From positions 1 through 61,090 of the IMG/VR virus record IMGVR_UViG_3300025407_001003: a stretch of DNA of 61,090 bases, one strand, 5' to 3'. Source of the stretch: a virus (lineage: Duplodnaviria > Caudoviricetes). Below are positions 47,180-56,717 of the stretch, in pieces. The stretch's first letter is position 1; each line of letters starts with the position of its first letter. A program made the position numbers and the translations under genes. The notes beneath the pieces were generated by a model. The model searched no databases and was not told the DNA's origin. It worked only from the letters and a program-made list of their open reading frames with translations.

Positions 47180-48141
47180 TTTGGTATTTTACTATCTGCT
47201 GAACTAACACATCTCGGAGTTGTGCATATAACTGGATTATTAAATAACTCAAACCCATCAGTTAATGTACCTAATGGTTCATCATAACAGCTATAACTCC
47301 TTTTAACTTCATTCCCACGTATAACTACACTTTGAAATCCACTGTTGCAATTCCACCCGTTAAACTGATTAAAATTAAATGCGTTAAACCGTTCAGCTTG
47401 ATCAAATTGATAATTATTATCATTTTTATCAAATAACGATATTTGATATAATTCTTTTCCGCAAACATGTTGAGGAAATCCCTCTTGCATTAAATCAATC
47501 ATACGATCAGTATAGCCATCAATAATAGAACTAGCAGTAACATTACTTTGAGGTTTTAATGTAACATTAATCCCTTTGTCGTGGAATCGTTTACATCGAT
47601 CATACAAATCATAAAATTGACTAGGAATCATAACTTGATTAATAGTTACAAATATTCCCTGCTCCATGAGCATTAAAATTTTATTAGCAAATTCTATTTC
47701 ATTGGCAAATTCTGTATGAAAACTCGCTGTAATCGATACCCTATCAAGCCATCTTGTAGCGGTTGTCCACTTTTTCCAATATTTATAGGGCGGACTTAGA
47801 TTTGTTGTCATATGTAATGACTGATATGATTGGCTATCATTCAAATAACTGATTAATTTATTTAGGTTCTTATATACTGTAGGTTCTCCACCGCTAAACG
47901 ACCAATGAAATTCTGTAAATCCATTTAATCGAGCTTGATATTTAATTTGATTAATTGTATTATAATATACATTCAAATCTAAATAATCCGGAATTGACGA
48001 ATTTGCGTAAGGCCAACAGTAACTACACTTGTAATTGCAAAATCTTCCTAATATCCAACTTACAGAAAATAACGGTTGATCAATCATTGTCCTTTGACCG
48101 AATCGAACGATATTATTAAAAGGAATGTTGGAAAAACTCAT
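47170..48141 (-). CDS. radical SAM protein with C-terminal Cys cluster
   Basis: CNYKCSYC; FSGGEP; TTN; CTTPRC. Confidence 0.9.
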   Translation of the reverse strand: MSFSNIPFNNIVRFGQRTMIDQPLFSVSWILGRFCNYKCSYCWPYANSSIPDYLDLNVYYNTINQIKYQARLNGFTEFHWSFSGGEPTVYKNLNKLISYLNDSQSYQSLHMTTNLSPPYKYWKKWTTATRWLDRVSITASFHTEFANEIEFANKILMLMEQGIFVTINQVMIPSQFYDLYDRCKRFHDKGINVTLKPQSNVTASSIIDGYTDRMIDLMQEGFPQHVCGKELYQISLFDKNDNNYQFDQAERFNAFNFNQFNGWNCNSGFQSVVIRGNEVKRSYSCYDEPLGTLTDGFELFNNPVICTTPRCVSSADSKIPKCR

Positions 48142-48185
48142 ACTGATATTTAATCACAAATAATGTACACACAAATAAATAAGAA

Positions 48186-48845
48186 ATGATACCGATATAC
48201 ATAGGTTACGATCCAAAAGAAGCACTTGCTTATCATGTATGTACAAATAGTATTATAAGACATGCTACATCTCCCGTGTCTTTCATACCACTATCATTGA
48301 ATACATTATGCAATTATACTGAGACGCACAATGACGGTAGTAATCAGTTTATCTATACTAGATTTCTAGTTCCTAGTTTACAAAATTATAAAGGATGGGC
48401 TATCTATATAGATAGCGATATAATTCTAAAAGCAGATATTGCAGAATTATGGAATTTAAGAGATAACTCTAAAGCAGTGATGTGTGTGCATCATGATTAT
48501 AAAACAACATCATCTTTTAAATATTTTGGAAATAAAAATGAAGATTATCCTAGAAAAAATTGGTCGAGTGTAATTCTTTGGAATTGCGATCATAAATTAA
48601 ATCAAAATTTATCACCAAGAATCGTTCAACAACATCCCGGATCATATTTACACCGGTTTTCTTGGATTCCAGATACGTTTATAGGAGAAATCCCGAATAC
48701 ATGGAATTGGCTTCCTGACGAATTTGGCACATCAGAGAATGCAAAACTGATACATTATACGTTAGGTGTTCCTGATATCTATACTAATGTAGCGATGGCT
48801 AGCGATTGGCAACAAGAAAAAAATCATGCGCTCAAAATTGGTTGA
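48186..48845 (+). CDS. GT-A glycosyltransferase (GT8-like)
   Basis: IYIGYD, F..TRFLVP, YIDSD (DxD), RKNWSS, WN, IHYT.G.P. Confidence 0.85.
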   Translation: MIPIYIGYDPKEALAYHVCTNSIIRHATSPVSFIPLSLNTLCNYTETHNDGSNQFIYTRFLVPSLQNYKGWAIYIDSDIILKADIAELWNLRDNSKAVMCVHHDYKTTSSFKYFGNKNEDYPRKNWSSVILWNCDHKLNQNLSPRIVQQHPGSYLHRFSWIPDTFIGEIPNTWNWLPDEFGTSENAKLIHYTLGVPDIYTNVAMASDWQQEKNHALKIG

Positions 48846-48870
48846 CGCATGATGATAGTTTTTGTATACT
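48842..48870 (+). promoter_or_regulatory. sigma70-like promoter for tRNA-like RNA
   Basis: TTGACG-N17-TATACT. Confidence 0.7.
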
Positions 48871-48876
48871 TTAACT

Positions 48877-48976
48877 GTAGACGTGAGCGGAATTGGTATA
48901 CCTCCTCCCTTCGGGGAGGGAAGTGGGCTAGGCTATAACGCTGCCTTTGGAGGTTCGAATCCTCCCGTCTGCACCA
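48877..48976 (+). ncRNA. tRNA-like RNA whose anticodon loop is a UUCG tetraloop
   Basis: GTAGACG/CGTCTGC-A-CCA, D-loop GGAATTGGTATA, CCTCCC-TTCG-GGGAGG, long variable region, GGAGG-TTCGAAT-CCTCC. Confidence 0.8.
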
Positions 48977-49001
48977 TTTTAACTTACTATTAGGCATAAC
49001 A

Positions 49002-49334
49002 ATGAAGGCTCTTTTATTTTTTCTTTTGATTCCTACTTCAGTTTTTGCTTGGCAAGACGATCCATACGAGTTATTCAATTCATCAAGTACAATGTACAAT
49101 AGTTCACAAATTGAAATTCATTCTGTTAATACTGACAACGATGGAATGTGGAAAGTATGTGAAAAAGAAAGTCGTAAACGAGGATTCAATGGTTTTCCTA
49201 ACAGGGTATATGCCTGTAGTTTTTGGAATGAAGGCGGACAACATAAATGTTCTATCTATATTCCTAAATACACCGACATGCATCAACTAGGACACGAAAT
49301 AAGGCATTGTTTTTACGGAGCATGGCACCCGTGA
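49002..49334 (+). CDS. exported hypothetical protein with HExxH
   Basis: Signal peptide (VFA|W); LGHEIRHC. Confidence 0.65.
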   Translation: MKALLFFLLIPTSVFAWQDDPYELFNSSSTMYNSSQIEIHSVNTDNDGMWKVCEKESRKRGFNGFPNRVYACSFWNEGGQHKCSIYIPKYTDMHQLGHEIRHCFYGAWHP

Positions 49335-49795
49335 TAAGCAAGAGTTCTGAACGACACGCTAAACTAAAACAAAATCATATCGATCGATGTCTAGAAAAGG
49401 GCAGAGACCCAACTGATTATGTTAATGTCTTAGACGAGTGGGAACGTATATCACAAGAAAAAGAAGCCGATCCGGAATGGGCTAAAAACAATCTCGAATA
49501 CGATTTACGCTCAACTGATTGGATACTAAATAAAGTTCGTTCGTCAGATGATTATGCAGGTGCATTATATTCAGCATTGTGCAATAATGACTTCATTAAA
49601 CGAGAAATGTGGCAAATCCTAAAAGAAGATACATGGGGTTGTTCATGGAGATATGCCGGGGGTATAGTCGCCGATATGAAAGAGCACGGAGACTATATAG
49701 ACTGGTATTGTCATGGTAATGAAGGATATGTATCTGAAGAAATCAAAGAAGACTTATATGAATTAGGTTGGATAGTTGTAACAAACGGAGAGTAA
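49331..49795 (+). CDS. hypothetical protein
   Basis: GTGA overlap start; CSWRYAGGIVAD. Confidence 0.7.
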   Translation: MISKSSERHAKLKQNHIDRCLEKGRDPTDYVNVLDEWERISQEKEADPEWAKNNLEYDLRSTDWILNKVRSSDDYAGALYSALCNNDFIKREMWQILKEDTWGCSWRYAGGIVADMKEHGDYIDWYCHGNEGYVSEEIKEDLYELGWIVVTNGE

Positions 49796-49805
49796 ATACA
49801 AGCGA

Positions 49806-50027
49806 ATGGCTAAAAAAGATGATGTTATTGAATTGAAGGGAGTAGTAAAAGAAGTATTACCAGGTAATATGTACCGGGTTAAGGTAGAGGAACTCCCTGA
49901 TTTGCTCCTGTGTTACCTTGGAGGTAAATTAAAACAGCACAAGATTAGAATTATCTTAGGTGATGCTGTAAAACTCGAAATCAGTCCATATGATTTAACC
50001 AAAGGAAGGGTAACATACCGATTATGA
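49806..50027 (+). CDS. infA: translation initiation factor IF-1
   Basis: VIELKGVVKEVLPG..YRV...GKL..HKIRIILGD.V.LEISPYDLTKGRVTYR. Confidence 0.95.
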   Translation: MAKKDDVIELKGVVKEVLPGNMYRVKVEELPDLLLCYLGGKLKQHKIRIILGDAVKLEISPYDLTKGRVTYRL

Positions 50028-50028
50028 C

Positions 50029-50694
50029 ATGAATGGGCTAATGGAAACTATCTGTCTAATATGTAATGCTATTAGACTTAACACCGAAAGAGGAGTTTGT
50101 TTCCATAAGCTAATGTCTATTATTCGCAAAGAATTTCGAATACACGGAATTGATCTACACATCCGATCTCATAGAAGACAATCATTAGATCCCGCTGAAT
50201 ATTATGTTAATGCCTATTACGATTCGGAAAATGATCGTAATTTTGATATAGCTATTGAAGTAATCATTTATCATAATTTTAAGAAAAAAATCGACTGGGA
50301 TCGATATCATGTCACAGAATTACTAATACAAATTTTTGATGCAGTTATCCATGAATACAAGCATCGTAGACAAAGCATTAAAAGAAATCATAAAAGTTTT
50401 TGGGCAACATCGTCTGTTGTAAACGAATATTTGAGCGATCCGGACGAAATAGATGCATATGCGTTCTCGATTGCTGTAGAACTTTGTCGATCATTGGGCA
50501 AATATCGCGCATTAAAATACATGTCTAAGTTAACTACATTAAGTAGGATTAAAATTCGAACAAGATACGCGAGTCCTACTTTATACGGGTACGTCAAGGA
50601 ATTTCAATCAATTGATCATCCTGTTCTTATCAAACTTTCCAAAAAAATTTATAAAAGATTACTAAAGGTTGACACTGACACTATTTTCATGTAA
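50029..50694 (+). CDS. hypothetical protein with HExxH motif
   Basis: IHEYKH...YL..PDEIDAYA. Confidence 0.65.
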   Translation: MNGLMETICLICNAIRLNTERGVCFHKLMSIIRKEFRIHGIDLHIRSHRRQSLDPAEYYVNAYYDSENDRNFDIAIEVIIYHNFKKKIDWDRYHVTELLIQIFDAVIHEYKHRRQSIKRNHKSFWATSSVVNEYLSDPDEIDAYAFSIAVELCRSLGKYRALKYMSKLTTLSRIKIRTRYASPTLYGYVKEFQSIDHPVLIKLSKKIYKRLLKVDTDTIFM

Positions 50695-50697
50695 ACT
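50669..50697 (+). promoter_or_regulatory. sigma70-like promoter
   Basis: TTGACA-N17-TAAACT. Confidence 0.65.
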
Positions 50698-50719
50698 GTT
50701 TTTATTTTCAACAAACACC

Positions 50720-51553
50720 ATGAAATTTAAAGTAGTCTCCGATCTTCATTTAGAATTTTCTGACATTGAGATTCCAAATAATGGATGCGATGTGCTAGTT
50801 CTTAGTGGAGATATTATGTTAGCAGACGTATTACATGATTTTCCTGCTGACTATGATAACACTAATATTGTTTCCAAGCGGCAAGCACAAGCAACTCGAT
50901 TCAGGAATTTTTTAAGATACTGTTCTGAAGATTTCCCACATGTTGTCTACATTGCAGGGAATCATGAATTCTACCACGGAAAATTTTATCAGTCACTTGA
51001 TACTTTAAGGGAGGAATGCGCACAGTTTAATAATGTTCATTTCTTAGAAGACAACTCAGTTACAATCGATGATACTATTTTTGTCGGAGGCACACTTTGG
51101 ACCGATATGAACGACTGCGATCCTCTTACAATGATGCGTTCGGAACAAGGTATGAACGATTATCATATCATTAAAAACGACCAAAAAGGGTACAGGTCAA
51201 TCGATGCAATGGATACTATTAAGCGGCATCGTAAAACTTTAGAATACATCAGTGTAGTTGTAGACAATGCACCAGCCGACAAAAAGATTGTAGTCGTAGG
51301 GCATCATTCACCTAGTCATCAAAGTGTTGATTCTCGATATAAGAATGATATTCTTAACGGAGCATATGCGACTGATCTTACAGACTTTATTCTTGACCGG
51401 CCTCGAATTAAAGTTTGGACCCATGGACATATGCATAAAAGAAACGATTACATGATTGGCCCAACTCGAATCGTATGTAATCCCCGAGGATATCACCAAC
51501 ATGGTTATGGAGAAGACACTGGTTGGGATATCGATCTGGTTGTAGAAATTTAA
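50720..51553 (+). CDS. calcineurin-like metallophosphoesterase
   Basis: SDLHLE, SGD, GNHEFY, HHSP, HGHMH, NPRGY. Confidence 0.92.
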   Translation: MKFKVVSDLHLEFSDIEIPNNGCDVLVLSGDIMLADVLHDFPADYDNTNIVSKRQAQATRFRNFLRYCSEDFPHVVYIAGNHEFYHGKFYQSLDTLREECAQFNNVHFLEDNSVTIDDTIFVGGTLWTDMNDCDPLTMMRSEQGMNDYHIIKNDQKGYRSIDAMDTIKRHRKTLEYISVVVDNAPADKKIVVVGHHSPSHQSVDSRYKNDILNGAYATDLTDFILDRPRIKVWTHGHMHKRNDYMIGPTRIVCNPRGYHQHGYGEDTGWDIDLVVEI

Positions 51554-51566
51554 AAGAGGTATTATA

Positions 51567-51746
51567 ATGTCAACTGAAAATGAAGGAACAATTCGCGTTA
51601 GTGAGATGATTTTACAAACTAACAATAATATGTTCGAATTTAATAAAAAGATCGCCGAACATGTTGAACTTTTAGAAAACACGATCGTCGAACTTCAAAA
51701 TGAAATCAATCAACTTAAAGGTGAAACAAATGGATATGAAGAATAA
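51567..51746 (+). CDS. small coiled-coil hypothetical protein (59 aa)
   Basis: GAGG SD; below track cutoff. Confidence 0.6.
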   Translation: MSTENEGTIRVSEMILQTNNNMFEFNKKIAEHVELLENTIVELQNEINQLKGETNGYEE

Positions 51747-52008
51747 AGAAGAACTTGATGCTCTCAAGAACTGGCTAAATGGTATGCTTAAGATCGAAAA
51801 GGTCACTGTTACGTTTACTAAGCAAGACGGTTCTGAACGAGTGATGAAGTGTACTGCAAATCCTATTTACTTTAACAACAAGGTAGACGAAGTTGTTAAT
51901 CGTAACGAGGATGTGTGTACTGTATATGATTTAGAAGTTGACGAGTGGCGTAGTTTCAGATACGAGTCAATCAAGCGTATTGAATTTAGCACTCTTTCAG
52001 ACGAATGA
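51730..52008 (+). CDS. SH3-like beta-barrel (WYL_2-like) phage protein
   Basis: VTFTKQDGSERVMKCT...VYDLEVDEWRSFR. Confidence 0.75.
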   Translation: MDMKNKEELDALKNWLNGMLKIEKVTVTFTKQDGSERVMKCTANPIYFNNKVDEVVNRNEDVCTVYDLEVDEWRSFRYESIKRIEFSTLSDE

Positions 52009-52166
52009 ACCAAGATACTAAAGATATTGTCTTAGACAGATTTACTGTACTAAGCGAAAGTAAGGTGTGTGTCCTACACTATAATGAGCGTGTAGGCACA
52101 CCAAATGTTCGTTATATTTTTGATAGCGAAACACTCGAACTCAAATCGGTTGAAATTATTAAATGA
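52005..52166 (+). CDS. hypothetical protein (53 aa)
   Basis: ATGA overlaps on both sides; below cutoff. Confidence 0.55.
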   Translation: MNQDTKDIVLDRFTVLSESKVCVLHYNERVGTPNVRYIFDSETLELKSVEIIK

Positions 52167-52396
52167 AAACTAGAGAATACATTGACGATAGGTGTGAAGT
52201 TATTTGTGAAGATAACGGTCGCAAAATGGTAGCAGAAGTATTATCATATACACAGAAGAAGAGTTTAACGGTCAGCATAGATCGTAGTCTCAAACTTACA
52301 CTTATGTGGAATGGTAGGGTGTACGAAGGCAACCAAGGACCGTTAAGTTTTGTTAGCAATGGCCCGGACATTAGAGTAGTAAAATTAAGACGATGA
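52163..52396 (+). CDS. hypothetical protein
   Basis: 77 aa coupled ORF. Confidence 0.65.
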   Translation: MKTREYIDDRCEVICEDNGRKMVAEVLSYTQKKSLTVSIDRSLKLTLMWNGRVYEGNQGPLSFVSNGPDIRVVKLRR

Positions 52397-52638
52397 ACAA
52401 TACACCAAATGCATTAGTGTATTTTATAGGGATTTTTGCAGGATTGTTTGCAGGAGTTTTTACAATGTATATGGGTTATGTTAATGATAATCTGTTACTT
52501 TCCAAACACAATTATATCTGTGTAGATGCAGAGCCTACGGATAATGATCCTAGCATTGTAGCATGTACTATTGTACTTAGAAAAGGCAGTCATGCTTACA
52601 ATCAATATCTGGAGTTAGCAAATGACCGCACTAATTAA
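52393..52638 (+). CDS. membrane-anchored hypothetical protein
   Basis: N-terminal TM helix. Confidence 0.6.
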   Translation: MNNTPNALVYFIGIFAGLFAGVFTMYMGYVNDNLLLSKHNYICVDAEPTDNDPSIVACTIVLRKGSHAYNQYLELANDRTN

Positions 52639-52822
52639 AGAAGATGTGGAACGTATCATTGATCAGTACATCATCGAACGTCTTCAAAATTATAACAATC
52701 TCAAAGAAGAACTTAGACAGATTAAAAGTGGCGAATTAGTAGTTGTTCCTGCAAGTAAAACACACGCAGAAAACTTAATTCGAATGGGTCAATTTTACTT
52801 AGATACATCAAATGAAAATTAA
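52622..52822 (+). CDS. hypothetical protein
   Basis: GGAG SD. Confidence 0.6.
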   Translation: MTALIKEDVERIIDQYIIERLQNYNNLKEELRQIKSGELVVVPASKTHAENLIRMGQFYLDTSNEN

Positions 52823-53105
52823 TCTACTTAAAAATGCAGGATCGGCAAAATCAGAAGTTCGTAAAATGCTAAAGGAGTTAGCAATACAGTTTGCATATGA
52901 ATACGACATTATCGAAAAAGAAGCAGTATTCTACGCACTCACCGATAGTACAGTTAGAAAAGAGTTTTGCAATTATTTAAACGATAACGACATTCTTCAC
53001 GTTACGATTTACCGGGTAACAAAAAGTAATGGGGAAGATTTAGCCTGCGGATTTGACATTGAAGAAGATTCGTTGTATACTGCTGCTATTTTAAAATATT
53101 CATAA
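52812..53105 (+). CDS. hypothetical protein
   Basis: 97 aa ORF. Confidence 0.6.
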   Translation: MKINLLKNAGSAKSEVRKMLKELAIQFAYEYDIIEKEAVFYALTDSTVRKEFCNYLNDNDILHVTIYRVTKSNGEDLACGFDIEEDSLYTAAILKYS

Positions 53106-53114
53106 GGAGTAAAA

Positions 53115-53702
53115 ATGCCACATTTGGTACCAATGGTTGTTGAACAAGAAGCGCGTGGTGAACGTAGTTATGACATTTACAGTCGGCTGCTTAAAGATCG
53201 TATTATTATGCTCGACACCGATGTTAATGAACATTCAGCAAGTCTTATCGTAGCACAGTTGCTATTTTTAGAAAGTCAAGGAAATGAAGATATTAACTTT
53301 TTTATTAACAGCCCCGGCGGTGTTGTTACTGCTGGTATGGCTATCTACGATACTATGCAGTTTATTAATCCTGACGTTGCTACTATCGTTATGGGGCAAG
53401 CCTGTTCCATGGGTAGCTTACTTGCTACAGCAGGTGCTCCTGGCAAGCGAAAGATGCTACCTAATGCTCGTCACATGATTCATCAGCCGAGTGGAGGTGC
53501 AGGCGGTCAAGCAACTGACATGGAAATTCAAGTTAAGGAAATCTTGAAGATGAAAAAATCTTTGACTGAGATTTATGTTAAGCATAATTCAAAGGGTAAG
53601 ACATATGACGAGTTCCATCGTGATATGGAACGTGATTACTTCATGAGTGCAGAAGAAGCACTTGCATATGGTCTTATTGACGAGATCGTAACTAATCGAT
53701 AA
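53115..53702 (+). CDS. clpP: ATP-dependent Clp protease proteolytic subunit
   Basis: [43 protein letters not shown]. Confidence 0.97.
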   Translation: MPHLVPMVVEQEARGERSYDIYSRLLKDRIIMLDTDVNEHSASLIVAQLLFLESQGNEDINFFINSPGGVVTAGMAIYDTMQFINPDVATIVMGQACSMGSLLATAGAPGKRKMLPNARHMIHQPSGGAGGQATDMEIQVKEILKMKKSLTEIYVKHNSKGKTYDEFHRDMERDYFMSAEEALAYGLIDEIVTNR

Positions 53703-53708
53703 TTCAAC

Positions 53709-53737
53709 TTGACAGTTACGGCTGACGGCACTATAAT
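53709..53737 (+). promoter_or_regulatory. sigma70 promoter for DNA ligase
   Basis: TTGACA-N17-TATAAT (perfect consensus). Confidence 0.85.
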
Positions 53738-53768
53738 AATTAGTATATTAACTAATTGAGATAAACAA

Positions 53769-55082
53769 ATGCGTCAGCCGTGGCAAGTCATCACCGATCT
53801 TGAAGCAGACAACAGCCGTCTTGCTAAAGAAGCAATTATTAAAAGAGAAGCAGAAGCAAACAACACCGAATTTTTTGAAGGTGTACAAACTGCTCTCAAT
53901 CCTCTAATCACTTTTGGTCTTAAACAAATCAATGAAAAAACTGACGAAGATGGTCCAGGTCTTACTTGGGATTCCTTTAGTCTTATTATCACTGGCTTTG
54001 TTAATCGTGAGCTTACCGGAAATTTGGCTCGCGATACTGTTAGCCGAATGATGTCATCTGCTACTAAAGAGCAGTGGAATAATTGGTATCGTAGAATTTT
54101 AATTAAGGACTTGCGCTGTGGTGTGAGTGAAAAGACAGTTAACAAGGTGGTAAATAAAAAATATGACCACTTTGCTATACCTGTCTTTAGTTGTCAATTG
54201 GCTCACGATTCTAATAATCATGAATCTAAGATTAGTGGAAAGAAATACGTCGAAGTCAAGCTGGATGGGGTTCGCGTTATCACTATCGTTTATCCAGATG
54301 GTCGTGTGGATCAGTTTAGTCGAAATGGTCGAGAACTTGTAAACTTCGATCATATTAAGAATCAATTTAGTTCCGTTGCAAATCACTTTACCGAACCGAT
54401 GGTGTTCGACGGTGAAGTTATGTCTGCATCATTCCAAGATCTTATGAAACAAGTACATCGCAAAGAAGATGTTAACACAGCCGACGCGGTACTGCATTTG
54501 TTCGACATTATACCGTTAACTAGTTTTGAGAACGGATTCTGTCCTTTTAGGCAAGAAGATAGAAGCCGGCTGGTATATAGTTGGCATAAAATTAATAAGG
54601 ATCAATTACCTAATATTGCTGTAGTTGGGCACGAACTTGTTGACCTCGATACCGTAGAAGGCGATAACAGATTAAAAGAAATTAATGCCCTTGCGCTCGA
54701 GGGCGGATACGAAGGGATTATGATGAAAGATCCCGAAGCACCGTATGAATGCAAGCGTAGTACAGCATGGCTCAAGTTAAAACCATTTATTGAGGTAAGT
54801 CTAAATGTTACTGATGTCGAAGAAGGTACTGGAAGGAATGTGGGACGCCTTGGTGCTCTTGTGTGCAGTGGTGTGGACGACAATAAGCACATCAATGTTA
54901 ATGTTGGTAGTGGGTTTAGTGATAGTCAACGTGACGATTTTTGGAGTAATCGCGCTAGCCTGCATGGAACTATTGTGGAAGTTCGAGCAGATGCTATCAC
55001 CCAAAACCAAGACGGAACATATAGTTTAAGGTTTCCTCGCTTTAAGGGGTTTAGAGGATTTAATAAAGGAGAAAAAATCTAA
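53769..55082 (+). CDS. lig: ATP-dependent DNA ligase
   Basis: KLDGVR, FDGE, EGIMMK, WLKLK, SLRFPRF. Confidence 0.95.
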   Translation: MRQPWQVITDLEADNSRLAKEAIIKREAEANNTEFFEGVQTALNPLITFGLKQINEKTDEDGPGLTWDSFSLIITGFVNRELTGNLARDTVSRMMSSATKEQWNNWYRRILIKDLRCGVSEKTVNKVVNKKYDHFAIPVFSCQLAHDSNNHESKISGKKYVEVKLDGVRVITIVYPDGRVDQFSRNGRELVNFDHIKNQFSSVANHFTEPMVFDGEVMSASFQDLMKQVHRKEDVNTADAVLHLFDIIPLTSFENGFCPFRQEDRSRLVYSWHKINKDQLPNIAVVGHELVDLDTVEGDNRLKEINALALEGGYEGIMMKDPEAPYECKRSTAWLKLKPFIEVSLNVTDVEEGTGRNVGRLGALVCSGVDDNKHINVNVGSGFSDSQRDDFWSNRASLHGTIVEVRADAITQNQDGTYSLRFPRFKGFRGFNKGEKI

Positions 55083-55471
55083 TGACTCAAGACGAATCGT
55101 TAGAAGAAGTAATTGCCGATGGCATTAATTTCATGCAGAGTCTTACAAAACATTATGGCAACGAACGAGGCATGGAAATTTGGGAAACAATCGGCGAAGC
55201 AGTAGGTCGAGAAATTAAAGGCAAAATCTTCTTTGCTATGATTAACGGATCCCATAATAATCGTATGAAATTTACAGCAGATCTTGCTGAATACAAAGGA
55301 AATTCTGTATCAGTAATTAAAACTATTCGTCAGTATACTGGTCTCGGATTAAAGGAAGCTAAAGATATTTGGGTCGAAAGTAAAGGTAAATTTGTCACTA
55401 TCGATGCCGACAATGACTCGATAAAACATCTTCGAGAGGAATTGCGAGCGTTAGGTTGTAGAATAATTTAA
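55082..55471 (+). CDS. protein with ribosomal protein L7/L12 C-terminal-like domain
   Basis: VSVIKTIRQYTGLGLKEAKD...LRALG. Confidence 0.8.
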   Translation: MTQDESLEEVIADGINFMQSLTKHYGNERGMEIWETIGEAVGREIKGKIFFAMINGSHNNRMKFTADLAEYKGNSVSVIKTIRQYTGLGLKEAKDIWVESKGKFVTIDADNDSIKHLREELRALGCRII

Positions 55472-55482
55472 AGGAGAAAAAT

Positions 55483-55848
55483 ATGAGTGTCTTTTCAGAC
55501 CAAAAAAAGTTTATGGAAGCAGGTGATCAAACTGTGGGGTATTTTAATGAAACACAGTTTAATATGTACGTTAATCTAATCGATGAAGAATATAATACAG
55601 AACTCAAAGATGCTATTGCGGCAAATGATCGGATTGAAATCTTTGACGCACTCTTAGACATTGTAGTTGTAACTATTGGTGCAATGCATTCACTAGGTGT
55701 AGATGCAGAAGGCGGATGGGACGAGGTCATGAAAACTAACTTTGCTAAGATCGATCCAGAAACTGGTAAGGTACGGAAGCGTGAAGATGGCAAAATCCTT
55801 AAGCCAGAAGGATGGGTAGCACCTGACTTAACTAAGTTTATTAAGTAA
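55483..55848 (+). CDS. MazG-like/PRA-PH nucleotide pyrophosphohydrolase
   Basis: LIDEE..EL, DALLD, EV..TNFAK, REDGKILKP. Confidence 0.85.
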   Translation: MSVFSDQKKFMEAGDQTVGYFNETQFNMYVNLIDEEYNTELKDAIAANDRIEIFDALLDIVVVTIGAMHSLGVDAEGGWDEVMKTNFAKIDPETGKVRKREDGKILKPEGWVAPDLTKFIK

Positions 55849-55849
55849 T

Positions 55850-56677
55850 ATGAGAAGAAATTATTGGACTTGTAGTAAATTTGCAGATTGGCTTCGTGGC
55901 ACACCAAAAGGTGGCGCTAAGACTGGCCGTGAGTGGAGAGAATGGAAAGAAGCCTCTAAGGAAAAACATCCTATTCGCTACTGGATTGCTGAAGAAGGTC
56001 TCGACTACTTGCAAGATTTCATTTTTTGGCCGGTTGACAAGTTGTATGCAGTTAAGTATTGGATTGTTAATCGATACGTTTCTAAGACACACGCATTAAC
56101 TTCTAACCTTAAAAAAGGCCAATATCACGAGTTTGATACTCGTATGCTCCACTGCTTGTTTGATGAACTTGTTAACTTCGTTGAAATCGAACAAGCATGG
56201 AGTCATATCTTATGGAACGATGAAGCTCATAGGATGTTTAAGGCTCCGTGGTACGCCAAAGGATGGTTTAGAACTCGTACATGGCGTGATCCCGAAGCGG
56301 GAATTTCGTATCTTAACTGGGCATCAAAGTTAACTTCTAAGGAAGATTACGGGCTTGAACCTGGAGATCCTAATTACGGTAAACTAACTCCTCAGGCCGA
56401 GACAGCAAGAGAAACCCTAGTGCTTTATTACTGGTGGAAAGATATTCGTCCAGCTCGTCCTGATCCGTATGATGCGAGCGGGTGGACAGAACTTTGTAAT
56501 CGTCGCCGATCTAAAGAAGATGAGGACATGTGGTGGATTGAAGATCAAACTGACGAAGAGAAAGATGAGACACGATCGTCACTTAATATTTGTGACAAAT
56601 TAGAAGAAGAATATGAAAAAGAAGACGAAGAGATGATGATTCGTTTAATTAAAATTCGACGCGGGCTATGGACTTAA
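55850..56677 (+). CDS. hypothetical protein
   Basis: 275 aa, Trp-rich. Confidence 0.75.
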   Translation: MRRNYWTCSKFADWLRGTPKGGAKTGREWREWKEASKEKHPIRYWIAEEGLDYLQDFIFWPVDKLYAVKYWIVNRYVSKTHALTSNLKKGQYHEFDTRMLHCLFDELVNFVEIEQAWSHILWNDEAHRMFKAPWYAKGWFRTRTWRDPEAGISYLNWASKLTSKEDYGLEPGDPNYGKLTPQAETARETLVLYYWWKDIRPARPDPYDASGWTELCNRRRSKEDEDMWWIEDQTDEEKDETRSSLNICDKLEEEYEKEDEEMMIRLIKIRRGLWT

Positions 56678-56717
56678 TCACCATAATTTTTCAGACTATA
56701 GTTAAGCAATTATAAGT

